A stretch of 63,922 nt of DNA, the filler included, from Acidimicrobiia bacterium (GTDB lineage Bacteria > Actinomycetota > Acidimicrobiia > Spongiisociales > CAZKJJ01): the NCBI GenBank assembly GCA_046759765.1. It is 9 parts of 9 records of this genome, joined end to end, with 100 filler letters (N's around TTAATTAATTAA, not from the genome) between each part and the next. Parts side by side here need not be neighbours in the genome. Positions count along the whole stretch, not along the records: positions 7,983 to 15,800 come from JBHICV010000119.1; positions 15,901 to 23,707 come from JBHICV010000120.1; 7 more parts are not named here. One strand, 5' to 3'. Under the pieces are notes generated by a model, which did not search any database, was not told where the DNA came from, and saw only the letters and a list, made by a program, of their open reading frames with translations. How positions within the stretch are numbered: the first letter of the stretch is position 1; the number at the start of each line of letters is the position of its first letter. Both the position numbers and the translations under genes were made by a program. Shown here in pieces: positions 8,723-17,746 of the stretch.

Positions 8723-9289
8723 CTACTGCGTGCCGAACAGACGCTTGAAGAAGCGGGCGAGAGCGGCAGCGAGACTGGAGAAGAAAAGCGAGAACCCCCT
8801 CACCTGTCCGGCTGCGATGGCGTCGGCCTCGGCCTCAGTCCCGGCACCGAGCTTCGCCTCCAAGCAGTCGATGAACTCCTGGATCAGCAGGCTGGACATC
8901 TCCCTGATGAGCCCGGTCCTCCCGAACTGGGCGGCGGCCCCGTAGAGGGTGATGTCGGCGTCAACAGTCACCCCGGTGGCGCCGCCGTCAGTGGCCACCA
9001 GGCGGTAGTCGGCCGTCATCTGGCCGCGGCTGCCTCCCCGCCGGTCGACGCCTTGGCCTTCCATGTGCACCGACCTCGAGGCCTCGTCCGGCGAGACCTT
9101 GGCGTCGCCCTCGAACGAGGCCGTCATCGGACCCATCTTCACCGAGACCTTGCCAGCGAAGGTGCCGTTGCTCCTATCCTCGGTCAGCTCCGCCCCGGGC
9201 AGGCACTGAGAGACAGCGGGCACGTCCTGGAAGAAGTCCCATACCTCGTCGATGCCGCGTTGGACCTCGAACTCCTGGGTGATTTTCAT
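8723..9289 (-). CDS. coxG: SRPBCC/CoxG (carbon monoxide dehydrogenase subunit G-like) protein
   Basis: VWDFFQDVPAVSQCLPGAELT, KVSVKMGP, GAAAQFGRTG. ATG at 9289. Confidence 0.88.
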   Translation of the reverse strand: MKITQEFEVQRGIDEVWDFFQDVPAVSQCLPGAELTEDRSNGTFAGKVSVKMGPMTASFEGDAKVSPDEASRSVHMEGQGVDRRGGSRGQMTADYRLVATDGGATGVTVDADITLYGAAAQFGRTGLIREMSSLLIQEFIDCLEAKLGAGTEAEADAIAAGQVRGFSLFFSSLAAALARFFKRLFGTQ

Positions 9290-9511
9290 GCCCTTGCTGC
9301 CCAATCAGTCATAAGGACTCGCGGTGACCCTACACGTCACCTTTTTCCTCGGTTCGCTGCGCGTGGATGCAGCCCTCCCCACCGTGTAAGTCTGGCCCCC
9401 AACGCGCCCGGATGGGTATAGGACTCGTTCCGTTGCGATCCGCCGACACAGCCGACGCCGCTGCCGATCCCTAGCGAGGTTCGACGCGATATTGATCTCG
9501 ATGGCTGGCGC

Positions 9512-10186
9512 TCATTTGTTGAAAGTCCCGAGCTCTTCGATTTCATAGCCTTCTGGATAGGTGGGCCGTCTCACCTTGGTTAACAGGCGGGGCTGGCGGC
9601 GTTCGGGTAACCATCTGATGAGCCGGCCGCGCAGCTTTAGGGCACCTGTCATCATCTGCCGCACGAGGGCCGGGGGCTCCGCGAATCCCATCGCCTTGAG
9701 CAGGGGTTCGTCCATAAGCGCATGCGCGAAGGGTCGTGTTATCGGAATCAAGAACCAGGGCACGTAAAAGCTCAGGAGGAGATCCCGTGTGATCCCGCCA
9801 ATATGGCCGTTGGTTTCCGCAAAGCGAAAACGGTTACGCTCGAATTCGCGGTTGTATCGCTCGAGCGCGGCAAAGTCCTCGGGGATATCGGCGATGTTCA
9901 TGCGCCGTCCGAGCTCGCGGTAATAGTTGAATATCGCCCGCTTTTCGTTTTCAGTCAGCGCGCGCCAGCCGAAACGCTCGATCCAGCGAATCGGCTCGAA
10001 CACGAACGTCGTCAGTACGTATATGAAATCCCTGTTGGCGATCGGGAACCGGCCGTGCATGTTGTTGATGCGCTGCAGAGCAGCACGACCTAGCTTGCTG
10101 TCGAATCCGTTTTCCAGGATCTCGGCCAGCAGCAGCTCCGTATCGTCGTAGCGCTTGCGGGGACGCCTGTCGAACTCGGCGGTTCC
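9512..10186 (-). pseudogene. 5'-truncated MpaB/DUF2236 (rubber-oxygenase-like) heme oxygenase family gene
   Basis: The frame extends upstream of the called Met as TAEFDRRPRKRYDDTELLL...RINNMHGRFPIAN.DF.YVLTTF. It reaches TGA at 10223-10225 with no ATG/GTG/TTG, so the N-terminus is missing. Confidence 0.78.
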
Positions 10187-10386
10187 CAGTCCTGGTGATC
10201 GCAGGTGATGAAGACCATCTCTTCACGATCGAAGAACAGGAAGCGACCGCGCGCCCTTACGGAACCAGCGCAGTGATATTCACCGGCTTTGGCCACGACT
10301 TGATGTTGGAGCCGGGCTGGGAGGAACCCGCGACCTATGTGGCCGACTGGCTCGATGAGGTCTCGGTGAGCCGACCTCGACACTAG
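10186..10386 (+). pseudogene. 3' remnant of an alpha/beta hydrolase
   Basis: PVLVIAGDEDHLF...IFTGFGHDLMLEPGW...VADWL has only the acid and His part of the triad; no nucleophile elbow. Confidence 0.75.
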
Positions 10387-10520
10387 GGCGCTCCTTCCTC
10401 AGGGAGGTTCCGACCACAAAGCGAATTGTCGGCCCGAACAGAGCGGGTTTCGTACGTGACTCGCCTTTGCCCGGGAAGGGGTAGAGGGTAGGTTTCCGGC
10501 GTTTCACTCTGGGAGTAGCT

Positions 10521-11234
10521 ATGTCGATACCTGCGGTCAAGTCGAGCGGTCTGAGCAAGACCTACGGGGAAGGGGACAGCGAGGTGCACGCTCTTCGGAG
10601 TGCGACCTTCGAGGTTCCAAAGGGCGAATTCGTGGTTCTTTTGGGGCCGTCGGGATCCGGCAAGACCACTCTTCTCAACCAGGTAGGGGCTCTGGAATCT
10701 CCGACTTCAGGCGACATAGAGGCGATCGGGGTGTCGCTCGGTGACCTGGACGAGTCGGGCCGGACACAGTATCGGCTGGACTCCGTAGGGTTCGTTTTTC
10801 AGTTTTACAACCTGGTTCCGACGCTGACCGCCCGGGAGAACGTGGAGCTCGTCGCGGAGCTGACAGGAGAAGGCCCCGCTGCTCGCACCGAGTCGGTGCT
10901 CAGTGACGTGGGCCTGGGCGATCGCCTCGACCACTTCCCGGCGCAGATGTCTGGAGGTGAGCAACAGCGTGTCTCGATCGCGCGAGGATTGGTGAAGGAT
11001 CCCCCCTTGCTGCTCTGTGACGAGCCGACCGGTGCCCTCGACGTTGCCACTGGGAAACAGATTCTTGGCCTCTTGCGGTCCACGACTGAGGGAGAAGACC
11101 GCAGCGTCTTCCTTGTCACACACAACACGGAGATCGCCCGCATGGCCGACCGGGTTATCCGGCTGAGGGACGGCGAGATCATCGACGATTCGCCCAACCC
11201 GGCACCTGTGCTGCCCGAGCACCTCGACTGGTGA
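10521..11234 (+). CDS. ABC transporter ATP-binding protein (LolD/MacB-type)
   Basis: GPSGSGKT, GFVFQFYNL, MSGGEQQR, LCDEPTGALD. Confidence 0.94.
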   Translation: MSIPAVKSSGLSKTYGEGDSEVHALRSATFEVPKGEFVVLLGPSGSGKTTLLNQVGALESPTSGDIEAIGVSLGDLDESGRTQYRLDSVGFVFQFYNLVPTLTARENVELVAELTGEGPAARTESVLSDVGLGDRLDHFPAQMSGGEQQRVSIARGLVKDPPLLLCDEPTGALDVATGKQILGLLRSTTEGEDRSVFLVTHNTEIARMADRVIRLRDGEIIDDSPNPAPVLPEHLDW

Positions 11235-13612
11235 GCACACTTTCGGTCAAGCGACGAAGGGACTTCCGGCAACGCCGCTGGCAGTTCTTGGCGGTCGGCC
11301 TGACGATCGCTCTCGGTGTGATGATGTTCGCGGCGAGCTACAGCGCCTACCTCAACCTCGAGTCCTCCTACAACGGGACCTATGACCGCCTGGCGTTCGC
11401 GGACATGACGGTCACCGGCGCCGAGGAAAACTTGGCAGCGACGGCGGCGGGCCTCGAAGGGGTAGCAAGCGTCGAGGAACGGCGCCAGGCCGACCTGCCT
11501 TTCCGAGTGGTGGACGGCATCCTCGGGGGCCGGGCGATCGGTATGCCTCCCGATAGCCAACCGACGATTAACCAGATCGACGTCACCGAGGGTACGTACC
11601 TCGACTCGGAGCGTCCGGACGGCGTCGTCGTCGAGACCCACATGGCGGACGACTTCGAGCTGTCGGTCGGCGAGACGATCGAGGTATTTGCGGGTACTGA
11701 CTTCGTCGAGGTGGAGGTGATCGGTATTGCAGTCTCGGCCGAGTACCTGTGGCCTGCTCGTAGCCGGCAAGAGATCTTCACAGCTCCGGGAACCTTCGGC
11801 GTCATCTTCGTATCCGAGGAGTTGCTGAAGCCGTTCCCGGCCAATGCGGTCGCGGAGCAGACGCTCGTCCTCTACGGAGCCGACGCCGATACGGAAGCGA
11901 CGGATCAACGGGTCTCCGACGCGGCTCGCGCCGCCGGTGCGACCGACGTTGAAACCCAGGCGGACCAACCCTCCAACGCAGTGCTCCAGCTGGATGTCGA
12001 CGGCTTCCAGCAGCTGGCAATCGCTTTTCCCGTTCTCTTCTTGGTCGCGGCCGGCATGGCCGCCTTCATCCTCCTCACCCGGATCGTCTATGCGCAGCGA
12101 GCCCAGATCGGAACGCTGCGTGCCTCAGGCGTGACCCGACGCTCGCTCAGCCGTCACTATCTTTCCTATGGCATCATCCTGGGAATCATCGGGGCCGTCG
12201 CCGGCACAGTCTTGGGCGCGTCTATCGGATTTGCTCTCACTGGCGTCTACACGGCCGAGCTGGGGATCCCGGACACGGTGCGGGAGGTCCATCTCATCAC
12301 GGTCGTCGGGGGCCTGGCCTTCGGACTTATAACAGGGTTGGTGTCTGCGTGGCTGCCGGCCCGGGCGGCATTTCGAACGAGCCCCGCCGAGGCCATGCGA
12401 GGCGAAGTACCGCTGCCCGACGGCCGGCCAAGCCTTTTCGAACATCTACTTCCGCCCTTACGCCGCGCCCCCGTGCGGTGGAGGATGGTCTTACGGGGCG
12501 TGGGGCGGGACAAGCGCCGCAGCCTGTCGACGGTCATAGGAGTAGTGCTGGCTCTGGTGCTGATTCTTGCGTCGTGGGGGATGATCGACACGGTTGTGGT
12601 CCTGATGGACCGCCAGTTCAACGAGGTGAACCTCGAGGATGCTTCAGCTGTGTTCACTACTCCTATCACAGAGGACCAGGTGGCCGTGGTGCAAGACGCG
12701 ACCGGAGTGGAGATCGCCGAGGATGTCGCTTCTCTCAGCGTTTCGATCCGAGCCAATGGCGGAGCCTATGCCACTGAGCTGCGAGCCTTTCGTCAGGGAA
12801 CCCAGCTCCACGGCTTCCTGAGTGCGTCGGGCGGCCTTCCCAACTCAGGCATTGTCGGGGGTGTAGCGCTGGGAGATGTCCTGGGTGTCTTACCCGGGGA
12901 CCCGGTCGAGCTCTCCTTCTCCACTTTGGAGACCTCGCTTGAGACCACCCTGGTCGAGTTCGTCGACGAGCCGATGGGAACGCTCGTGTACATGGAGCGG
13001 ACCGCGCTCGAGGATGCTCTGAGCGAGGCCGATCCCGGGATTCCAGCTGAGGTGTTGATGGAGCCGCTGATCTCGACCGTCGGAACCGTATTCGTCGACG
13101 GCGCCGACCGTGGGACCGTGATCTCGAGCATCGAGGACATACAGACCACGGCCGCAGTTATCGACAAAAGGGCCTTCTACAACCTCGCGCAAGACTTCCT
13201 GGGCTTCTTCTACGTATTCGTGGGCGTGATGCTGCTCTTCGGAGGCCTGATGGCATTCGCTCTGATCTTCAACACCATCTCGGTCAACGTGGCCGAGCGA
13301 AGCACCGAGTACGCCACCATGCGCGCCAACGGGCTGTCGCAGAGAAAGATCGCGGCTCTGATGACGGGCGAGAACATGCTGCTCACTGCGATCGGCATCA
13401 TCCCCGGGCTGATCGTCGGCTCTGCGATCGCGGCGTTGTTCATGAGCTACTACTCGAGTGACATGTTCCAGTTCAACCTGGAGATGAGCTGGACCACCCT
13501 GGCGCTCTCATCACTCTTCATGCTCATTGTCGCCGGCTTCTCCCTATGGCCCGGCATTCGAACAGTGAGACGCCTCGACATCGGCGCCGTGGTGCGTGAG
13601 CGGGCTCTGTGA
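11231..13612 (+). CDS. ABC transporter permease (FtsX/MacB-type, duplicated)
   Basis: Two repeats of TM + large extracytoplasmic domain + 3 TM; QIGTLRASG and ERSTEYATMRANG. GTGA overlap with the ATPase. Confidence 0.92.
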   Translation: MSTLSVKRRRDFRQRRWQFLAVGLTIALGVMMFAASYSAYLNLESSYNGTYDRLAFADMTVTGAEENLAATAAGLEGVASVEERRQADLPFRVVDGILGGRAIGMPPDSQPTINQIDVTEGTYLDSERPDGVVVETHMADDFELSVGETIEVFAGTDFVEVEVIGIAVSAEYLWPARSRQEIFTAPGTFGVIFVSEELLKPFPANAVAEQTLVLYGADADTEATDQRVSDAARAAGATDVETQADQPSNAVLQLDVDGFQQLAIAFPVLFLVAAGMAAFILLTRIVYAQRAQIGTLRASGVTRRSLSRHYLSYGIILGIIGAVAGTVLGASIGFALTGVYTAELGIPDTVREVHLITVVGGLAFGLITGLVSAWLPARAAFRTSPAEAMRGEVPLPDGRPSLFEHLLPPLRRAPVRWRMVLRGVGRDKRRSLSTVIGVVLALVLILASWGMIDTVVVLMDRQFNEVNLEDASAVFTTPITEDQVAVVQDATGVEIAEDVASLSVSIRANGGAYATELRAFRQGTQLHGFLSASGGLPNSGIVGGVALGDVLGVLPGDPVELSFSTLETSLETTLVEFVDEPMGTLVYMERTALEDALSEADPGIPAEVLMEPLISTVGTVFVDGADRGTVISSIEDIQTTAAVIDKRAFYNLAQDFLGFFYVFVGVMLLFGGLMAFALIFNTISVNVAERSTEYATMRANGLSQRKIAALMTGENMLLTAIGIIPGLIVGSAIAALFMSYYSSDMFQFNLEMSWTTLALSSLFMLIVAGFSLWPGIRTVRRLDIGAVVRERAL

Positions 13613-13621
13613 CTCGTCTAG

Positions 13622-14026
13622 TCAGCTCTCGGCGAGCCGAGTTTGCACCAACTCGCGTAATCGCTGGGCGTGATGCGGGTTCTCCTCCATATGGACGTCG
13701 AGCGCGTCCCTGGGGACGAACACCAGCTCGCTGCGTTCGGTGACCCGAGCCGATTTGGTATGGGCGGTGCCGAAGATGGCGGAGATCTCGCCGAAGATCT
13801 GGCCTGGTTCGAGTTGGGCTACAAGGGCTCCATCAGGCTCGATGATGTCAACGCTTCCCCCCACAATGATGAAGATCCCCTCGGAGGGCTGGCCGGCTTC
13901 AAACACGAAGGAGTCCTTCTCCCACACCAAGTAGGAACTGGCGGCTCCTAGCGTCATGAGGCCTTCCTCCGAAGCCTGCTCTAACCCGTAGATACCTCGA
14001 AGAACATCAGCCAGTTGATGCGACAT
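13622..14026 (-). CDS. Stand-alone cyclic nucleotide-binding domain protein
   Basis: VFEAGQPSEGIFIIVGGSV...LEPGQIFGEISA....HTKSARV; no HTH. Confidence 0.88.
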   Translation of the reverse strand: MSHQLADVLRGIYGLEQASEEGLMTLGAASSYLVWEKDSFVFEAGQPSEGIFIIVGGSVDIIEPDGALVAQLEPGQIFGEISAIFGTAHTKSARVTERSELVFVPRDALDVHMEENPHHAQRLRELVQTRLAES

Positions 14027-14061
14027 GTCGGCAGGCAGGTTACTGATTAGCCTCCGGCTTC

Positions 14062-14916
14062 GTGCCTTCGCTCGAATCGGCTCCGCTGCGCATCGCTCAG
14101 CTGAGCGACATCCACTGCGGCCATAGCCGCTTCGATGAGGACTTGATGGAAGACACGATCGCGGGCATCAACGATCTGGAGCCGGACGTTGTGGTGGTGG
14201 CGGGCGACCTAACCGCCAACGCCTATGACGACGAGTTCGAGGAAGCAGCCCGTTGGCTGGACCAGATCGAAGGGCCCAAATTGACCGTGATGGGCAATCA
14301 CGACGCCAAGAACGTCGGCCATGTGTTATTTGAACGCCATTTCGGCACGCGCTATCCGGTGGTCCACATTCCCTTCGACGACGAACGATCTGCGCGGATC
14401 GAGGCGACCGGAGTGACTTTGGTGGGTGTCGACTCCACCGAGCCAGACGTAACCGAAGGGCGGGTTGGGTCGGATCGCTTCGGATGGATGGCGGAGCAGT
14501 TCGCCCGCGAGTCGGACATCAACGTGTTCGTCCTGCATCACCATTTGGTGCCGCTGCCGGGAACAGGCCGTGAGCGCAACACGGCCATTGACGCCGGCGA
14601 TGTGCTCGCGTTGCTCACCCGGCTGGATGTCGACATAGTTCTCGCTGGACACAAGCACACCCCCTGGTTCTGGAGTCTCAATGGAGTGTTGTTCTCCAAC
14701 TCGGCGACGGCCTCGACTGGTCGCCTCCGCGGACTGACGCCGGCGTCCTGGCACGAGCTTCGAGTCGACGCGGCGATGATCAAGGTCTTCACTCACTACC
14801 CGGGAGAGGGCCGTGATCTCTCCCTGATAGTCGACCGCACCAACCGGGACCGAAGCCAACGAATGTTCTACATCACAGACAGCTTCCTATCGCACAATCA
14901 GCTCGAAGCTATCTGA
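14062..14916 (+). CDS. Calcineurin-like metallophosphoesterase (Icc/CpdA-like)
   Basis: SDIH, GDLT, GNHD, HHH and GHKH metal motifs are all present. Confidence 0.9.
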   Translation: MPSLESAPLRIAQLSDIHCGHSRFDEDLMEDTIAGINDLEPDVVVVAGDLTANAYDDEFEEAARWLDQIEGPKLTVMGNHDAKNVGHVLFERHFGTRYPVVHIPFDDERSARIEATGVTLVGVDSTEPDVTEGRVGSDRFGWMAEQFARESDINVFVLHHHLVPLPGTGRERNTAIDAGDVLALLTRLDVDIVLAGHKHTPWFWSLNGVLFSNSATASTGRLRGLTPASWHELRVDAAMIKVFTHYPGEGRDLSLIVDRTNRDRSQRMFYITDSFLSHNQLEAI

Positions 14917-14927
14917 GCTGGTTGGGT

Positions 14928-15614
14928 TTAGGACGTGTCGCCGGTTGGGCGAGCCCTTCGCCAGCCCCCGGCGTATTGCGAGACGATCCGGGCGATTATC
15001 ACGACGAGAAAGATCTGACCTATTACCGCTTCAATCGTTGCCAGGGCTCGACCTGGTTCGGAGACGGGCGCCAAGTCCCCGTAGCCCAGAGTCGTGATGG
15101 TTACCAGCGAGAAATAGGGGAATGCGGTCGAAGGCTCCCGGCTGCCGAACAGCGACGAACCGGGTGAGTCCATCAACAAATAGAAGAAGGAGAAGGCCAG
15201 CGCGATCAGTAGAAACGCTGCAATAGCTCCGAGGATGCTTTCGTTGGTTACCACGTCGTGGGCGAAGATTCGTCGCACGATCATGACCGGAGCAATGGCG
15301 AGAAGAAGCACCCACAGGATCGGAGGGTCGTAAGCAGTGTCTGTCACCGCCGCGATCGCGCCGGTGACCACCGCTAGCCCTCCGAGAATCATCGCTAACC
15401 GGACAGACCTGGGCTTTGCGCCTGACGTCCATAGCGCGGCGACCAGCATCCCTGCCGAGAGCAGTGTTACGCCGATGAGGGCCACATCTCTACGTAATGA
15501 CTCGAGTTCATCGAAGTCGACAAGCATGAGCAGCACCAGAGTGATGATGATCAAACCAAGCAGCGTGAGATAGCGGTCCAGGCGTCGGTCGGTTCCTTGC
15601 GTTTCTGTGGTCAT
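14928..15614 (-). CDS. Potassium channel family protein (4 extra TM + pore, no cytoplasmic gating domain)
   Basis: YFSLVTITTLGYGD selectivity filter; ATG at 15614 after GGAAGGAG. Confidence 0.9.
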   Translation of the reverse strand: MTTETQGTDRRLDRYLTLLGLIIITLVLLMLVDFDELESLRRDVALIGVTLLSAGMLVAALWTSGAKPRSVRLAMILGGLAVVTGAIAAVTDTAYDPPILWVLLLAIAPVMIVRRIFAHDVVTNESILGAIAAFLLIALAFSFFYLLMDSPGSSLFGSREPSTAFPYFSLVTITTLGYGDLAPVSEPGRALATIEAVIGQIFLVVIIARIVSQYAGGWRRARPTGDTS

Positions 15615-15800
15615 GGCGCTCCTTCCAAGCCGGCTGGCCGACACTACCGAAGCCGGAGCCGGTGATACCTAGGCTTCTCAACCTCCACGGAGAGTCGAAG
15701 CTTTGAGCCAGCAAGAACGGAAGTCCTGGGGAAAGAGTCGCCGTGAGGTGTCCACGAGATTCAGCCACGGTGGGTGGACCGCCAGCCCCGGACGTGATGC

Positions 15801-15900
15801 NNNNNNNNNNNNNNNNNNNNNNNNNNNNNNNNNNNNNNNNNNNNTTAATTAATTAANNNNNNNNNNNNNNNNNNNNNNNNNNNNNNNNNNNNNNNNNNNN
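15801..15900. other. Artificial contig linker
   Basis: N44-TTAATTAATTAA-N44. Confidence 0.99.
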
Positions 15901-15912
15901 AATGAGGTCTTG

Positions 15913-16353
15913 ATGGATCGGGGGGCCTTGGCGAGGATCGACCGCAGGATTCTCTCCGAACTTGGCCGCGATGAGAGCTACCGGATGGTCAGAGTGCCGT
16001 CCTCGGAAGCGCTCTGGTCCACCTGGCGCCGGTACTGCGGGGTTCTGGGGATGTCGATGGGACGCGCCATCGCCGGCCTTATCGTCCACGAGCTCGGCAC
16101 CGCGAGCGGCCCAGGGACTGACAGCGGCCCGTTATTCGCCTCAGAGCTGCAGCGGCAGATGTTGGCGCGGGCTGAGGACCTCGACGCTCGAGAACGCCGC
16201 CTCGACGAACGAGAGCGAGCGCTGGGATCCGCTCAGCTCCGGCTACAGGCACGCAGCGCGCCGTTAGACCCCTCGGCTCATGCGAAGACCAGTCGTAACG
16301 ATCGCTGTCCGTGCGGCTCCGGCCTCAAGTACAAGCGGTGCCACGGGAGCTGA
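15913..16353 (+). CDS. Small SEC-C motif protein with coiled coil
   Basis: C-terminal [34 protein letters not shown] coiled coil; GAGG upstream of the start. Confidence 0.82.
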   Translation: MDRGALARIDRRILSELGRDESYRMVRVPSSEALWSTWRRYCGVLGMSMGRAIAGLIVHELGTASGPGTDSGPLFASELQRQMLARAEDLDARERRLDERERALGSAQLRLQARSAPLDPSAHAKTSRNDRCPCGSGLKYKRCHGS

Positions 16354-16738
16354 AGATCAATTTGTGCTGGAAGGGAGGACAGGCCGGTCCACTCAGGACG
16401 AACACAGAGTGGCTTATAGATTGTCCTGACGGTTCCCGAGCGATTCTGAAGGGTCTAGTGGCGGATGTTGGACGCTGATATGCGGCTCTCGGAGACTGGA
16501 CCCCCGGGTCAGGCCAGGGTCGGGAGGTGACCACCCGGCCGGCTCAAGAAGTTGGAGCGGGAGAGCCGTGAGCTGCAGAAGGACACGCGTCCGGTGATGG
16601 GACGGTCGACTTCACTGCACCGTGGGTAGGTCGCCGTTGACGCGGGTCTGTATGCGGCCACATCACGAGTGGGTCAGTGGACTGGTATATGTCTGTTTGG
16701 TGATCGATGTTGAGGACGCGAGCTGCGTGCTGGGCTGA

Positions 16739-17164
16739 TCAACTGTCTGCGGGAGCCTCGAAACCACATTCGACCAGAGCATGTTCCTCAGCTACTCCGC
16801 CGTATTCCACGCGCTCGAAGGCCGCCACGGCTGCGATTTCCTCCGCTTCGAGGACTCCATCCTGGGAAGGCATGCCTCCTTTGAGCGGCTTGGGCGTCGC
16901 GCCGTAGGTATTGCCGACCTCTGTTTTCCAGCGGTCGGATCCAAGCGTGATCCACCTGATATGGTCGCCGCACGACGGCCAGGTACCCGCGACATCCGTC
17001 AGCGCGGGCCCGGTTCCGCCTTCGCCCAGAGCTCCGTGGCACACCGAGCAGGTGTCTGCGTATACGTTCTTCCCGAGACTCAACGGTGTGAGCTCCACGG
17101 GCCCGCTGCTGCACGCCGCCGAGACCGCGGCGAGCAGCAGTACGACGATGAAGAGCGGGCGCAT
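16739..17164 (-). CDS. Monoheme cytochrome c lipoprotein
   Basis: AAGAGGA SD, signal peptide with lipobox SAAC, CSVCHG heme motif, distal GGMP Met ligand, extra Cys pair. Confidence 0.88.
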   Translation of the reverse strand: MRPLFIVVLLLAAVSAACSSGPVELTPLSLGKNVYADTCSVCHGALGEGGTGPALTDVAGTWPSCGDHIRWITLGSDRWKTEVGNTYGATPKPLKGGMPSQDGVLEAEEIAAVAAFERVEYGGVAEEHALVECGFEAPADS

Positions 17165-17249
17165 TTGCGGATCAGTCCTCTTGGGGGATGTGGAATGAAA
17201 TGAGCACCGCTGCCACCCTACGGTACGTCTCAGAGTCCTCGGGGCTCGA

Positions 17250-17573
17250 TCCGTGTTGCTTCTCCTCTGCCGATCCTCCGAGATGTACAGCGCGTCGGCC
17301 ACAGCTGCGGTCGACTGGTGCCCTGGGCCACCTCCGCCAATACCTCCAGCGCCCATTGAGCGCCGGCGCAGCGACAGAGCCACCCATTCTCAGGTGGCAA
17401 CGCGTCTCACCCCCTGCTGGGCGTCGCTAGTGCAGTCCGCCAGGAGGTCTACCAGAGCCACATCGTGGAGCCAGCCTCACTGCGCAGTTGGGAGGCCTGC
17501 GGGGTTCCACATCTCCTGTTGTGGGCATGAGCAGGTCGAGGGAGTCGAGTGTCAGGGTTGGAGATGGCGCCAT
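17250..17573 (-). pseudogene. Heavily degraded NarL/LuxR-type response regulator remnant
   Basis: Across frameshifts: NPD..L/LDLLMP (receiver motif, 17559-17523), then LEVLAEVAQG and QSTAAVADALYISE (LuxR HTH, 17349-17276), in the expected order. Confidence 0.5.
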
Positions 17574-17746
17574 TGAGCGGTGACCTGGTTAGCGGGGTAC
17601 TGGCCTTAGGTTCACCTTCAAAAGGGTGGGCTCAGCCTGGTGTAGGTGGCGGCTCTAGCCGGGGCGATCCAAGAAAAGGTGCCATCCCGTAACGGAACCG
17701 TAACGATGGGTGGGTACGGTTTGGTGAGGAGCTTGGAGGGAGAACC

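Noticed and set aside
8723..9289. CO dehydrogenase cluster
   Set aside because: coxG-like gene is alone; no coxL/M/S on the contig.
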